Assembly: GCA_951406725.2 (NCBI GenBank)
Contig: OX597819.1
Location: forward strand, 108,562,001-108,626,000
Source of the DNA: Octopus vulgaris
Lineage: Eukaryota
DNA length: 64,000 nt
Reading direction: 5' to 3'
In this document: positions 28,901 to 42,110 of the stretch, piece by piece
Numbering within the stretch: the first letter of the stretch is position 1
How the letters are laid out: the number at the start of each line of letters is the position of its first letter
The notes under the pieces: model-generated
Told to the model about the DNA's origin: nothing
The model's input: only the letters and a program-made list of their open reading frames with translations
Databases searched by the model: none
Program-made: the position numbers and the translations under genes

Positions 28901-30842
28901 ATGGGGTCCAGGAAGGATACAACATGACAATGGGAACCAAGGATTGTGGGTTTCCAACAAAGGAGTTATGCCTGAAATTTGTGTGTTTGTGTACACAGAG
29001 GAGGAAATCTTTCTGTGAAGCAAATCCCAGCCACTGCAGACCATTGTGGTGCTGCGATTGTTTCATTTAGCAGTTTACAATTTGTGCCTGCCAGTTATAT
29101 GCCATGTAAAAATTTCTGTGACATGAATACTAGAAGAACAGCAGAGAAGGGCTGGTTCAGAAACACCTGGTACCAGATATTCTTGGGAGACACAATGTAT
29201 GAGGATGGGAATGGAAGGGACTGCATCAGATTGAGCATGTAGGAGGAAGCTTGCTGCTTTGTGTCTCATGGTGCAAGAAGACCTAAAATGTAAACCGTGT
29301 GTGTGTGTGCGTGCGTGTGTGTGTGTGTGTGTGTGTGAATATCAGCAAGTTGTATTTTATTTAATTACTTTTTCTTTATCTTTTTTCAGATAAACACTGA
29401 ATATTGATTTTTAAAGAACTTTCCAAAACAAGAATCTCAAGCAGAAATTACCATCCATTCAAGAATACTTTACAGAGACATCATTCCTTTCATTGGCTCC
29501 TCATCCAGTTCTACAACTAGATCTGACTGGGAACATTTCTGGATCCTTTTCAAATATTTCAGCTTTCCCATGACATAAGTGTAATGGCATTTAGTAGTTT
29601 TGTCTACAAACCACTGTGAAACATTACACCCTGCAACAAAGTACCAGTGGCACTGTTTTGGGGGATGGTATTCAAATACAACTGTTGTTGACCAGTGTTG
29701 ATTTTTTACATTCCTCAAGAACATTATAGGACCAGTATTGTACACTGCAATCCATCTCTTACACATCCCTATATTGCAATTTGATGCATTTCTACAACTT
29801 GTTATAATACATCCAACAACTCGCTCCCTTAGATCTGTTTATTATGTATACAGATATACACACATACAGTACAAAAAATTTATATATACATATATATTAA
29901 ATATATAAAATCATAAAGGAAAAAAATCCAAGTTATTGATCTGATGGTCCACTTGTGTAAATCCCTATCCAAATTCAAGTAATAATATCAACCATCCCTC
30001 TCCAGTCTATCCATGCACCTCACCTTTTGAAAACTTGTAGGATTGGAACATGAAAGCATACAATATTGAACCAGATGGTTTTACTACCCACTGTGACATT
30101 GTATTTCCACACGAACTACCATAGCTCTTGTTTGAATAAGAGACATTGGCATTTGTCACATTGGCTTAACAGTGTTCTTTGGAATACTAGATATTAACGA
30201 AAGATATCAACTTCAACTTATATAACATATGCACACTCACACACACACATATGACATCTATCTATATAAATTGTATATATAGCATATAAATAAGCACATA
30301 AGTGTGTGTGGGTACGTGCACGTATACATTTGTTATTTTACATGTTTAAGTTGATTTATGAAAATCTCTCTGAAGTATCACTTGATTATAAGAATTTATA
30401 AGAAGAGAAAAAGGAAGAAATATTAGTAGCAGAATAAAAATTCTTGCTTTTCTTTGTCCCCTGCCACTCACACATTTCTTCAGTTTTTTCCTGCATCCTC
30501 CTTTTGCATTTTCTCACTTGTGTCCTGACTTCTCCTTTCCCATATTTCCTCACTCAATTCTCCACCCACTCCCTCCAAATATGGAACAACATCAATCCAG
30601 TCTCAATTCCCACCTGGCACAATTTTGTGCCACATTCAACTTTTGTTTTTATGAAGTGATGAACTGAAGAGAGCCTGTTGATAAAATGTTAGATCTGAAT
30701 GGTCATCCTTTTCTTTTATTTGTCAGTCCCTGACCCTAATTAAGCAGCAGGACAACCAGCCTCTTTTGTCCTCCATCTCTACCCTACCCTCTCAAAACAC
30801 TCCCTACTTTACTTAAAACCTCTCCTTAAAACTGCTTTTGAG

Positions 30843-31540
30843 ATGGGATCTGGCATTCCTTTATTGAATGAGTATAAGCAGGACTTTTTTTTGAAGAGGT
30901 TGCCCCAAACAATATTGGGCGGCCCTAAGCTGCGACTTGGCTATGATGCTCCGACATATGTGTATCTGTCACAGATATGTTTCTTTATCTGCCCATGCAT
31001 CCTTGCTGCGATGTTCACAACACTTGTCGAGCTCTACCTCCTTCAATCGGAAGTGGCAGCCTACATCTTTGGTGCTATCATGTCCATCTTTGTCATCTCT
31101 GTGCAAGTTCTGTCTACATTGTGCCAGCAGTCACAGAAGTCAAGTGAGGCTGTTGTCACCAAGAAGCACTGTGCGTTTTCTGAGGACGATGAGGTGGAAT
31201 TTACAGCCTGCTGTGCCCCTGAGACACTGGAGTTTATTGTGCCAGTGAAGAAGTATAGAGTCAACATCCTGATCCATTCTGTGATATCAGGCGTGATGTG
31301 TGGCTTGGCACTACTTGCCTTGCTGCCTGTGTCAAACATCAAGCCCCTCTACAACAGCGATGTTGCTGCAGTTCTGCTCTTCTTGTTTGGCTGGTTATCT
31401 GTGTGTATTGCACAGTATTCACTGACTGTTGGTGCACCACCAGAGCCAGCAACATTCCGGACAATGGACACCTATGAAATATCTCATCTGATGCGGCCGA
31501 CCTATGTCTTCATATGTGTCATTGTGGATGCTATTCAAAG
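30843..31540 (+). CDS. PCNX4: PCNX4 coding exon 1
   Basis: ATG at 30843; PLLNEYKQDFFLKRLPQT motif and several transmembrane segments; donor AG|GTAGGT at 31541. Confidence 0.95.
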
Positions 31541-31619
31541 GTAGGTTTAATCCCTTTTAGTATTTTTGATTTCTTAATGTACTCATGATGCCACTTGGTT
31601 TGAGATAAAGTACTGAGTT

Positions 31620-31830
31620 ACCACCATAAGGTACCATGTTATATATTACTAAGTCTTAAAGTACTATGCTACTAGGTCATAAAGTTCTACACTACCAGTC
31701 ATAAGGTACCATGCTACAATGTTATATGGTATCACATAACTAGGTTATGCCAGATCATATGGTACCATACTACCAGGTCTTGAGCTACTAAACGACGGGT
31801 CCTAAAGTACCTGATTACTGTGTCATATGA
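31620..31830. repeat. Degenerate ~23-bp minisatellite in PCNX4 intron 1
   Basis: About 8-9 imperfect ACCAGGTCATAAGGTACCATGCT-like units. Confidence 0.6.
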
Positions 31831-33353
31831 TATGAATTCACACTTACTTCAGGCCTTTTGTTGTCTTGTGCAGACAAAAATGCTACATGTCTTGCTTCAC
31901 ATGTTGAGATATAATTACCAGTTTATTTTGTTAAAACCACTCTTGAAGATTGCCATTGTATCCAAGTGGAGCTTATCAAATATGATATCATTTAGATCCA
32001 GAGCTAAGTAACAACCCTTAAGAGTCCTTGAAATGCTTTGTGATATTTACAAATCCAGAAATGTCACAAAAAGTACCTTGGGGTGAAGACGAGTACTCTT
32101 AAAGTGTGAGGCTTAGTTCTGGATCTCCATAATATAAATTAGATGAAAGGGATAAAACATAAGTTTTCATGTGTGTCATTTCCAAGGTATGGGAGTTGTG
32201 TACCTGTCACCTATGATAAACTGGACACTATTCAAATCGATATTCATATCTCATTTAGTTAATATAATAGAACTCAACAAAATTAAGTGGGCTTTGAGAA
32301 TCTTTGGGATACATACAGATCTTGTAAGAACTTCACCTATGATAGTCCAGTGTGCTATCCATGAGAAGTTTTATCTCTCAACTGCTTAATACTTTGAAAT
32401 TGAAGATCTTATGAACTCCTGAAGGCTTGTAAGAACATGTATTGCATATCATATGACATCAAGTTTTGTGTACAAGACATCTCTGCGTCATGAAGAGATT
32501 GAGTTCAATTCCAGTTGATCTATCCCTGTCTGTAGTTTTCACTTCATTTATCTACCTTTATTTTCTCTTTTACTGATTTCATTTATTGGTCATAGTGGAA
32601 TACTACTTTCAAGAATTTTGATCTATCATATCTACTCCAATGCTTACTTCAGTCTCATATTTATTTTATTGATCTTTCTTATTGAACTGCTAAGATAGTA
32701 CTAACATTCATTATCTAATGTATAGTTAGATGGGATGTGTTTTTTTTGGTTGATGTTATTTTGTTAGAGAAATTTTTCTTATAGTTAAATGTATTTTCTA
32801 CTGTCAACTACTCAACCATTAAGTTAATAGTATCATACTAGGCCAGGCAGAGTTAAGTGTTTTACTCAGAGCCATAAAACAAAATGTTGTGGTCACAAGA
32901 CTCGAATTTACCTTATAGTCATTTTACCTGTTTTCAAATAGGAATAAACAAAATAAACTAAATTGGATGTGCATAGCTTGATGTTACCATGAACAATATT
33001 CCCTCTAAGTTTTTGCTGGGTCTGTACAGAAATTTTCATTGTGAGCAAATTTTGCTTTTCTTTGCAAAGTATGTGTGCATCCATGAAAGTACTTACTTTT
33101 CAAATTTCTTCAATTCTGAAAAATCAAACTTCGTCTTAAAAAACCTTTCCTTTCCTCGTTTTAAAACATGCACACACACAAACGTAGAGCTTAGAGGGAA
33201 CACTAACTATGTGTAAACAGAACTTCATGTCTCCAGCTTTGAGTTGATACCCTTAATCTCTTGTACTATCTGACTAAGTTTATAATTGTGTATTTATGTT
33301 ATAAAATACTATTTATTCATTGTCTTGGGTGTATATTTCTGTGTATTTTTCAG

Positions 33354-33533
33354 ACAATATCCCTCATCTTATGACCTCCTGATTGCTAATCAGGTACTTC
33401 ACATTTTCATGGCTTGCTTACCAATATGTTGGACATTTGGCATGTTACCACCGATAGATGCTGGCCTCCTATGGCTAGTAGAACAAAGCCATATATTCCT
33501 CTTAGGTGGATCTCCAATGGCTTCAAATCTCAG
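33354..33533 (+). CDS. PCNX4: PCNX4 coding exon 2
   Basis: Acceptor tttttcag; encodes QYPSSYDLLIANQVLHIFMACLPICWTFGMLPPIDAGLLWLVEQSHIFLLGGSPMASNL; donor AG|GTAACA. Confidence 0.93.
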
Positions 33534-36500
33534 GTAACACATTTTCCTTTATAGACCATGTCAACTTTTGTGATTGTTGCTGATGTTTGATGTTGTTGTT
33601 GTTGTTACTGTTATAACTTTTGTTGTTGTTCAGTGGCCCATTTCCTTTGCTCTAGCAGACATTGTGAGCACATGTGACCAACCTGGAACGATATGGTATT
33701 AGACATCCAGCTGAGTGTTTGGTCCTTAATATCAAATCAGTACTGTACTGCCAACAACTTAGTCCACCAAGTGATACATAGTTACTACGGTATGCTGTAC
33801 ATCACTATACTGTATCCATGACTAACTGTCAACAAGCCAATCCATATAGCTGCTCTTGATGCTACAATGTAAATAGTTTCTGTACAGTGTCCAAAACTAA
33901 GGCATTTAACTATCAACAACCCAGCCCACTTTCTCTATAAATGTTTGCCTTCTGCACTTTGCATGAAAACTGCTTCGCTATAGACAGTGACATTTATTGC
34001 AATTTCCCTATCAACAAGTCTTCTCATAGTTCTGTGCTTTTAAAGACAAGTGGAATGAAAACTCCATTACTTGAAAAACAATTAAAGATTGGTAACAGAA
34101 TGTCTCAATAATACATTCATTTAACGTATATTAGCATGAAAAATGGGCATAAAATGGACAAATTATATATCCTGAGGATATACATATATATATATATATA
34201 TATATTGTATGGTAAGATGTTTGCTTTCCAACCATATGGTTCCAGGTTCAGTCCCACTGTGCAGCACCTTGGACAAGTGTTTTCTGTAGCACCAAGCCAA
34301 CCAAAGCCTTCTGAGTAAATTTGGTAGACGGAAACTGAAAGAAGCTCGTTGTTTATATATATATGTGTGTGAGGTTGTGTTTGTCCCCAACACTGCTTAA
34401 TAACCAATATAGGTTTGTTTATGTCCCCATAACTTAGTTTGACATTAGAGATTGTTAAAATAAGTACCAACCATAAAAAAAATATGAAGTATTGGGATTA
34501 GTTCATTCAATTAAAACTCTTCAAGGTGATGCCTCAGCATGGCTGCAGTCCATTGATTGAAACAAGTAGAAAATAATCAAAAGAAAGATATTTGCCCCCA
34601 GAATATATGGTGGAAGTTGACATGTATCCAAATATGACCTCTTCCTAGAAAGGTTTGCAGGCTTGTCCAGAATCAAGCAAACTTTATTCTAAGTCTTCTT
34701 GATTAATAGGTGAGCAGTTTTCTCCTTGGAAAGAGCTGCTCAGTCATCCAAGGTGCTGCCAAATCCCTCCATTACCAATGTTTGGAAATGAAGTGACCAA
34801 TATTTGCCTACATACAAGTATCCAATTACATACTTCCTGCTGGTTAAGCCTATGTGTTATTCAGGAAAACTAACAAAAATGCTATCTACTGCATTTTCAT
34901 ACAAGCTGTCTCAGATCTAAAGAAGCACACACATGCGCATGCACACTCATGCACGCACACAGTGGTCTTCTTTCAGTTTCTGTCTACCAAATTCATTCAC
35001 AAAACATTGCTTAGCTCAGGACTATAGTACAAGACATTTGCCCAAAGTACTGAGCAGTGGTACTGAGCCCAAAGCCATATGGTTGGGAAGTGAACAAGTT
35101 TAGTGAACTAGGGTTGACCTGGGGCTAAAAACCAATTACACTAGCCACCAATACTATAAACTCCAACAAGCCAACTAGAGAGCTTATTTCTGATCATTCG
35201 ACCTGCTAGAAACAGCTGCCAAATCTCCCTTAAATTATAGTTTGCCGTCTTAAAAAAAGGTAAGTTGTATGACGTCTTGGGGTCCTTACGCATAGAAAAA
35301 AGTCAAGACAGTCACATTTGAAATGCTTTTGATCATAGATCTGCTTTATCAGTTTTAATTTCAGTCTCCACTAAAATAACTATCAGTACCTACAAAACAG
35401 TTTCTACATAATCAATGGACTTTTATATTTAATGGCTTCTATATTTAAAAATTACAGAAGGATGAATTGTGTGATGCAGTTCAGTATTTCCCAACTTAGG
35501 GCCCAGGCTCCTCTGGGTTGTGTGGAGAGTTCATGAGTTGAGTTCAAAATTAGTTGAAAGTCAGACTTTTTGAAAGCTAAGTGTCCTTGGTAATGAAAGT
35601 GTTTGTAATCACTGATATAGTTCTTGATAGATCTGTTGATTAACTTTGAGATAAACAACAACAATAGTATTCCCATTTTTACAGCATTGACCTATACATA
35701 AGTATGGTACCTGTTTACAGGTGGGCATACTGAGCTTAGAGAAGTTAACTGTCTTATCTATGGCCACAGTAGAGTGGTGAAGATAGATGCAGGAGGTGAA
35801 CTAATGACATTTTCGATGTTACCCAACCCCCATCACTACCAACAACCACAATTGACGTAATCATCTCCTTTAATCTACTCATTCAGATTCAACAACAATC
35901 TGTCAGTTGAATTCTTTTTACATTCCATTTGTTGCCAACCTGACATTACAAATTGAAGTAAACTAAAACATAATCAGTCACACATATTGTGTCAGTAATT
36001 ATCACAATTCAATGTCTGTCTTTCATGCTGGCATGGGTTGGATGGTTTGACAGAAACCAGCAAACCAAATGACTGCATTGAGTTCCAATGTCTTCTTTGG
36101 TATAGTTTCTACAGTTGGATGCCCTTTCTAATGCCAACCACTTTATAACATGTATTGGGTACTCTTTACATGGCACTGGAAGTAGTGAGTTTGCCTAGTA
36201 ATTTATAAGACAAGCTCCCTCGACTCTCAATCCAGTGGAGGTGTCTTAGAGAGCAGGTGGCTTTAGATCAAGTGCTGAGATGTTAAAGCAGTCATGGGCA
36301 AACTGTGACCTGTGGGACTTTCTAAATGGCACACCTTACCAAAAAAATTACCCTGAATTCTTCTTAGTAGCATGGCCCACATGTCATCAGGCCATGTTTC
36401 ATGTGACCCACTTCTCAAAAAAGGTTGTCCATACCAGGCTAAAATATGATACAGAGGTGGGAATAGGTGTCTTGCTGAAGAAGAAATATGTAGCTGTCCT

Positions 36501-36539
36501 ACATTAAACAAGGGCAAATGGGAGTAGCTGGAAAAAGAG

Positions 36540-37250
36540 ATAAAGGTGATGACGAGGCATCAGTGTGTATTCTCAATGTACAAAATAGTTAATGTAAGAG
36601 AAAACAGGGGCAGAGGATGAGGAAGGGTGGTTGTGTAAATTTGCAAGAGTGCAGAAGGATTGTGATCAATGATTAGTGATGGGGTTTGTGGTGAACAAAG
36701 GTGGAGGCATGGTTGATGATGATTATTGGATTGGGAGAGAAGATGAAAGAAAAAGGAGTGAGTCAGAGAGGAGGAAGTGATGTGGTGGTACAGAAAGGGT
36801 GGAGGAATAGAAGGAAAAATGTCCAATTAAACACATCGTTGCCATGTTTCCCAATTTGAATATCATATGTTGTTCCTACTTTTCCTTGAATGTGCAGGTC
36901 TGTGGTGTGTAGACATGATAGACAATATTAAATGGTTAATGAAGTGGTCCATTGTATTGAAGTGAGTGGTGACAGGTTGGCTCGGCATATGTACTAGAAT
37001 ACTATGAATGTATTTGCTAAAGGAATCAGTGACATGACAACCTGTTTCACCAATATGCAAAAGGCACCATTAACTTTGCAAGTGGTGCAGTATATGATGT
37101 TAGACATGTAGCAGAGGTTTTGTGTGACATGGTCCTCTGACTTAGGATGGGTTATTATTGTAGTGTTATTGATAGAGTGACTGGGGCTATGATGTGTCTA
37201 CGTTGTTGCAGAGATTCTTATTCCTGAAGGCAAGTTGAGGTGCCTTAATT
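36540..37250 (-). mobile_element. Degenerate Penelope-like element (GIY-YIG endonuclease region plus pyrimidine-rich tail)
   Basis: Minus strand reads SNIIYCTTCK..HIGETGCHVTDSFSKYIHSI..QPVTTHFN..H, matching the PLE GIY-YIG pattern IYC..YIGETGR..RF.EH..PVA.HFN. Confidence 0.7.
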
Positions 37251-37585
37251 TGCTTAGTCAGATCAATGCTGATTAAGACATATCAGCTGTAACTACTCCA
37301 CCATTTTTTTAGCATATCAAGACTACTGCATTGGCCAGTGTATCCTTCTTAAAGATAGTAAAGTATGTATGTTTTGTTGGAGATTTAGCTACTATCTTTA
37401 GCAGCTTGAATGACCATATAGGAGCTCCCTCATTAGTTTTATCATCTAGAAAATAAAATTCAGTAATATATTTGGGTTTAGTTCACCCAATTATACTTAT
37501 CATTGTACATACATAAGAAATCAATATTTTTGTTAATTTTTATTGATGCATTTATTAATTAAATTTTCTCTTTTTACTTTTGCAG

Positions 37586-38403
37586 GTCATGTTTGATGCT
37601 AGCTCTGTCTGTCTGTATCTATCTGGTAGTACTCTATATGCCCGTCATGCTGGGTTCCATTGTGATAGCTGCTGGCTTCGGCTATCTGCTCAGCTTGGAC
37701 CTGGGTGGACTTGGTACCCAGCTTATCCAGCACCTCATTGCCACATCGCCCCCTCCCCCAACCTCCTTTCCTACCAATACTATCAACAGCCACCATAGCA
37801 GCAACAGCAGTTGCAGCAGTCACAACAGCAACAACAGCAGCAGCAGTAACAACAACAATAACAACAATATCCACAACAACAACAAAGCGACCCTCATGAA
37901 AGACAAAGTCACACTTGTTGCATCAAATGGAGCTCAAGGTGGTGGTGGTTGTGGTTTTGGTGGCGGTAGTGGTGGCAGCATTGGTAGTTGTGGTGGAGGT
38001 AGTGGTGGTAGTAGTAATGGTAGCATGGTCAGCTGTGGCAGTAGAGGTAGTGGAAATGATAGCTGGATCAACGGTTACAGTAAGGGTTTCATGTGGAGCT
38101 GGGGTTATCGAGAGGTGCTGTACCACACATTAATGACCTTATGTGTCAGCCTCGAGTCTGGAGTACTCTATTTCTTTGACTATGCACTAAGTACCGAGCT
38201 AGCCTGGTACTCACTTGGCTACATCACTGTCGGCTTTTGCATTGTAGAAAAGGTACTGCAGGACATCCAGAGAGTGTACATTGTGTTTGGGCTGTGGCGT
38301 AACCCTCTCTATCCACATACTGTACACCGTGTCAGTGTTTACCAACGACGTAAAAACATCCTCAAAGTTTTTGGTTTCCTGAGGAAGTGCATCATAAAAT
38401 GGG
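37586..38403 (+). CDS. PCNX4: PCNX4 coding exon 3 (contains S/N- and G/S-rich low-complexity insert)
   Basis: Acceptor ttttgcag; GFGYLLSLDL and LQDIQRVYIVFGLWRNPLYP motifs; donor G|GTCAGT at 38404. Confidence 0.9.
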
Positions 38404-38501
38404 GTCAGTACCAAATGCCAAAACATTTTTGTTTCTTTTCTTTATCTGCTTTCTATTTGTTTTTGTTTATATGCTTTTATAATTGTTTTATTTTTCTAGA
38501 T

Positions 38502-38758
38502 CAGTGATTCTCAACCATTTTTTTTACTTGTGGACCCCTCTGATTCCTATTTTACTCAGATGGACCCGCCTAGCCATTTGATGTTTAAAAATTCCTAATA
38601 TTTTTTTAATAATTAAACATTGTTACGAATTGTATAAAAAGAACTGTTAAAATATTTTGTGTGTTAGAAGTATATACAATTTATTGGAAATAAATTTTAA
38701 CAACAAAATCTTATATGGACCCCCAAGGTGCCATATGGATCCCAGTTGAGAGCCACTA
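38502..38758. mobile_element. hAT (Charlie-like) MITE with perfect 8-bp TSD
   Basis: TIRs CAGTGATTCTCAAC / GTTGAGAGCCACTA. TSD TTCTAGAT at 38494-38501 and 38759-38766. A second copy lies at ~43154-43419. Confidence 0.85.
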
Positions 38759-39908
38759 TTCTAGATAGATTTGTATCCTCTCTGTGTTTCTCTTCCCTTT
38801 TGTAGTTGTGTGTGTGTAGAGTGTGTCTAAATGTGTAGACTCTAGGTATGTGTGTAAGTGTGCGTCCATAGGTATTAGTGTTTGTATGTGTACATGAACT
38901 GTTTTTTGGTTTTTGTTGTTGTTAGTGTACAACCCTTGGTCAGTCTAGATCCAGTAGATTTTTAATCATAAGTGTTCTAGCAATTACTTTCCAGTCTTTT
39001 TTTTTTCTAGTCATTATTTACCTAAGACTTTATTGTCTAATGCGTCCTTCTTTCTTTGAGGGTGGTTGGGTGTGATTTGATGGGGATTTGGTTACTATTT
39101 CTCGCATATTGAGCAAACACATTTAAATGTAATAAAATATTTTAAAAGAAACTTAAAGTGCCTACCTGATAACTGTAAACCTACTGTTGGACCACCATGT
39201 ATAATGTATGTGTTGTTAGTATAATGTGTCAGTACATTATATATACATTATTTACATTAGATTTATAAGCCCTAAAAGTCACTCCATAATTACCCATGGG
39301 CGTATGGCTAGGGGTTATGAGCGCGAGCTACTAACCCCAAGATTCCTAGTTCAATTCCAGGCAATGACCTGAATATTCCCCAAGATACCTGATGAAGGCT
39401 AGAGGCTATATCAGCCAAAACATTGTGTTAACAACAAACAAGATGAGGACAAATACCCATCAAATGTAAATAATGTAAATAATGTACATAATTCCTCATC
39501 TCTTAAATATAGAACTGTACATTATATATGTATAATCTGTGTGTATGCATGTTCTATGTATAATGTGTGTTTGTATGCATGTTCTATGTATAATTTATGT
39601 TTACATTCTGTATGTATAATGTGTGTGCAGTCATGTTATACATGTAAAGTATGCATACACATGTGTATAATGTGAGTCTGTACGTTCTGTGTGTGACATG
39701 TGTGTGTTTGCATGTTGTATGTATCATCATTCATTTTCATCACCATCATTTAACACCCGTATTCCATGCTAGCATATGTTGGAATAGTTTAACATAATCT
39801 ATGTTCATGTTACATATATTTTGCATGTGTGTGTATGTGTACACACTTGCTTGAGATCACCTTTAATTGTCTCACTTCATTATTAACACCATGTTCCATT
39901 CCTTCCAG

Positions 39909-40042
39909 CTGGACCCATGGTTATGATTGCATATTTGATAGTATGTTTGAAACCTGTACAGTCCTCTATACCTCTTATAGACCAGATGAACAATACACGG
40001 CTTATATGGTGGTCTCTAGGCATCATGCGCAGCTTCAGATGG
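39909..40042 (+). CDS. PCNX4: PCNX4 coding exon 4 (not in the ORF track in this frame)
   Basis: Acceptor ccttccag; encodes GPMVMIAYLIVCLKPVQSSIPLIDQMNNTRLIWWSLGIMRSFRW; donor GG|GTGAGT. Joining to exon 5 gives RSFRWVWQ, resembling the PCNX4 RAFRxVWQ motif. Confidence 0.9.
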
Positions 40043-40205
40043 GTGAGTCTCTGTATTACTTAGGCTTTAAATTTTAATCATGCATTCATATGTCATAGAA
40101 GAACTGGTTATAGTACTATTGATGTCTTAGTGCAATAGATGTTATAGTATTATCAGTATTGTAGTACATTGATGTCATGCTACAGCATATCCAGTATTAT
40201 AACTT

Positions 40206-40421
40206 AGGCGGCGAGCTGGCAAAAACATTAGCGCGCCGGGCAAAATGATTAGCTGTATTTCGTCTGCCGTTACGTTCTGAGTTCAAATTCTGCCGAGGTC
40301 GACTTGGCCTTTCATCCTTTCGGGGTCGATAAATTAAGTACCAGTTACGCACTGGGGTCGATGTAATCGACTTAATCCGTTTGTCCCCTCTGTGTTTAAC
40401 CCCTTGTGGGTAAAGAAATAG
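40206..40421 (+). mobile_element. Young SINE of a second abundant family, with 14-bp TSD
   Basis: GGCGGCGAGCTGGC..GAGTTCAAATTC..GCCTTTCATCCTTTCGGGGTCGATAAATTAAGTACCAG. Duplicated GTATTATAACTTAG at 40194-40207 and 40422-40435. Decayed copies at ~23705-23915, 40550-40990, 46470-46870 (+) and 2930-3070, 24517-24620, 26530-26700, 47530-47650 (-). Confidence 0.8.
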
Positions 40422-42110
40422 GTATTATAACTTAGTGTTTGATAGAACGACTTGTTGAAATTGAGGAGGTGGAAATGTGAGGAAGTGGTTCAGTTTCTCT
40501 CCACATCAAACAGACCCAGATGCAGGATTACATGAACTAATTACATTTCTTCTGGCTGAATCATTAAGATGACAGACCAAATGCTTTATAATATTTCTAC
40601 TGACTCTTTATGTTCTGGATTCAAATCTTATTAAGATCAACTTTGCCCTTCATCCTTCTGGGATTGTCAAGTATCAGGATTGATGTAACTGACTAGCCAT
40701 CTCCCTCACATCTGTTAGCCTTGTGCCTAAATTAGAAACAATTATTTATTACTCTTATTAAAGCAGTGGATTGATAGAGTCATCAGAGCATTTGACAAAA
40801 TACTTTGTAATATTTAGTTTTAGCTCATTAAATTCTGAGTTCAAATCTTGGTAAAGTTAACTTTGCCTTTCATCCCTGTACAGTTGATAAAGTACCAGTC
40901 AAGTACTGGGGCCAATAATATTGACTACTTCCTACAAAAAGAAGAAAGAAAAATTTCTGGACCTTGTACCTAAATTTGAAACAGTTATTATTATTATTAT
41001 TTGATGAAAACACAGCTTATTTTGCTGGGTATGATGGAAAGTGTCAGCTATCCACAGCTAGCAGACTAAGGTGATACTTGTTTACATTCTTATTATTACT
41101 AGCTAGCCCCGTGCCATCAAAAATGACAGCTAATTGTCTTATTTTATATATAAATAAGGTACGTAATAATCACAGATACAAACATTGACATACTTCCCTT
41201 GTACACACACACATATACTCATACTGTTAAATCACTGATTTTTCTTTTCAGTGTTGAATGTTCACCATCCCAATTCCATTGCACACACACATTCACATGA
41301 CTCCCATTTACATACATATATACTCAGGCAGAGTTGAAACACTGTTTGATTTTCTTTTTTTTCACCGTAGGACTTCCTTTGTCCCACTACCAAATTTGCC
41401 ATCACCCCTTCCTTCCTTATTCATCTGTCACCCCTTCTTTTCTCATTCATATGTTGCTATGGAGAAAAACACAAGAGTATTATTAGTAGTAGACTATAAT
41501 AATACTCTTTTATCATACAAAAAAAAACACTCAATAGGGTGGCTTTTAAGTTAGTATATAGCTTTTAAGCAACTGACCCTGAATGGGAAGATCTACAGAC
41601 AGATCTCTGACTTGTTTTGGAGAATTTGTTGCAATTGCTTCCTCCAGAGTCATATCCCAATGATGATCATATTCATCACTAAAAATCATGTAAAAAAAAA
41701 TCACCAAAAACAATTGGAGTAATGAAAATGCAGGAATCCAAAATTTCAGGATTGCAGGTCCGGATTCGGCCCAAAATGTTTTTAATTTACTCACGGAGTT
41801 AGCCTTTAGATTATAAAAATCGTTATCGTACAAAAAAATTTGTCACAAAAAGTCATGTAAAGAAATTGCAAAGTTCAAGGAACTCCTACCTCTACTGACA
41901 ACTAAGGGCCTCTTGCTCAGGGTGAAAGGTAGACTGTATGATGCAGTGAAACATGGGCCTTTCTTTCTTTCAATTTTCTTTTATCATTTCAGAATATGTA
42001 ACCCCCCCCACATTTTATGTTTGTCTTTCATCATTCGCCCTTGTGACAAATAAATGAAATCAACATCATCATCATTATTAAGCAAATATTTTCTGTTTTC
42101 TTTGTTTCAG

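Noticed and set aside
28829-29269. Cluster of short Cys-rich ORFs upstream of PCNX4
   Set aside because: No recognisable domain, no continuous frame and no convincing splice sites. Most likely an old transposon remnant.
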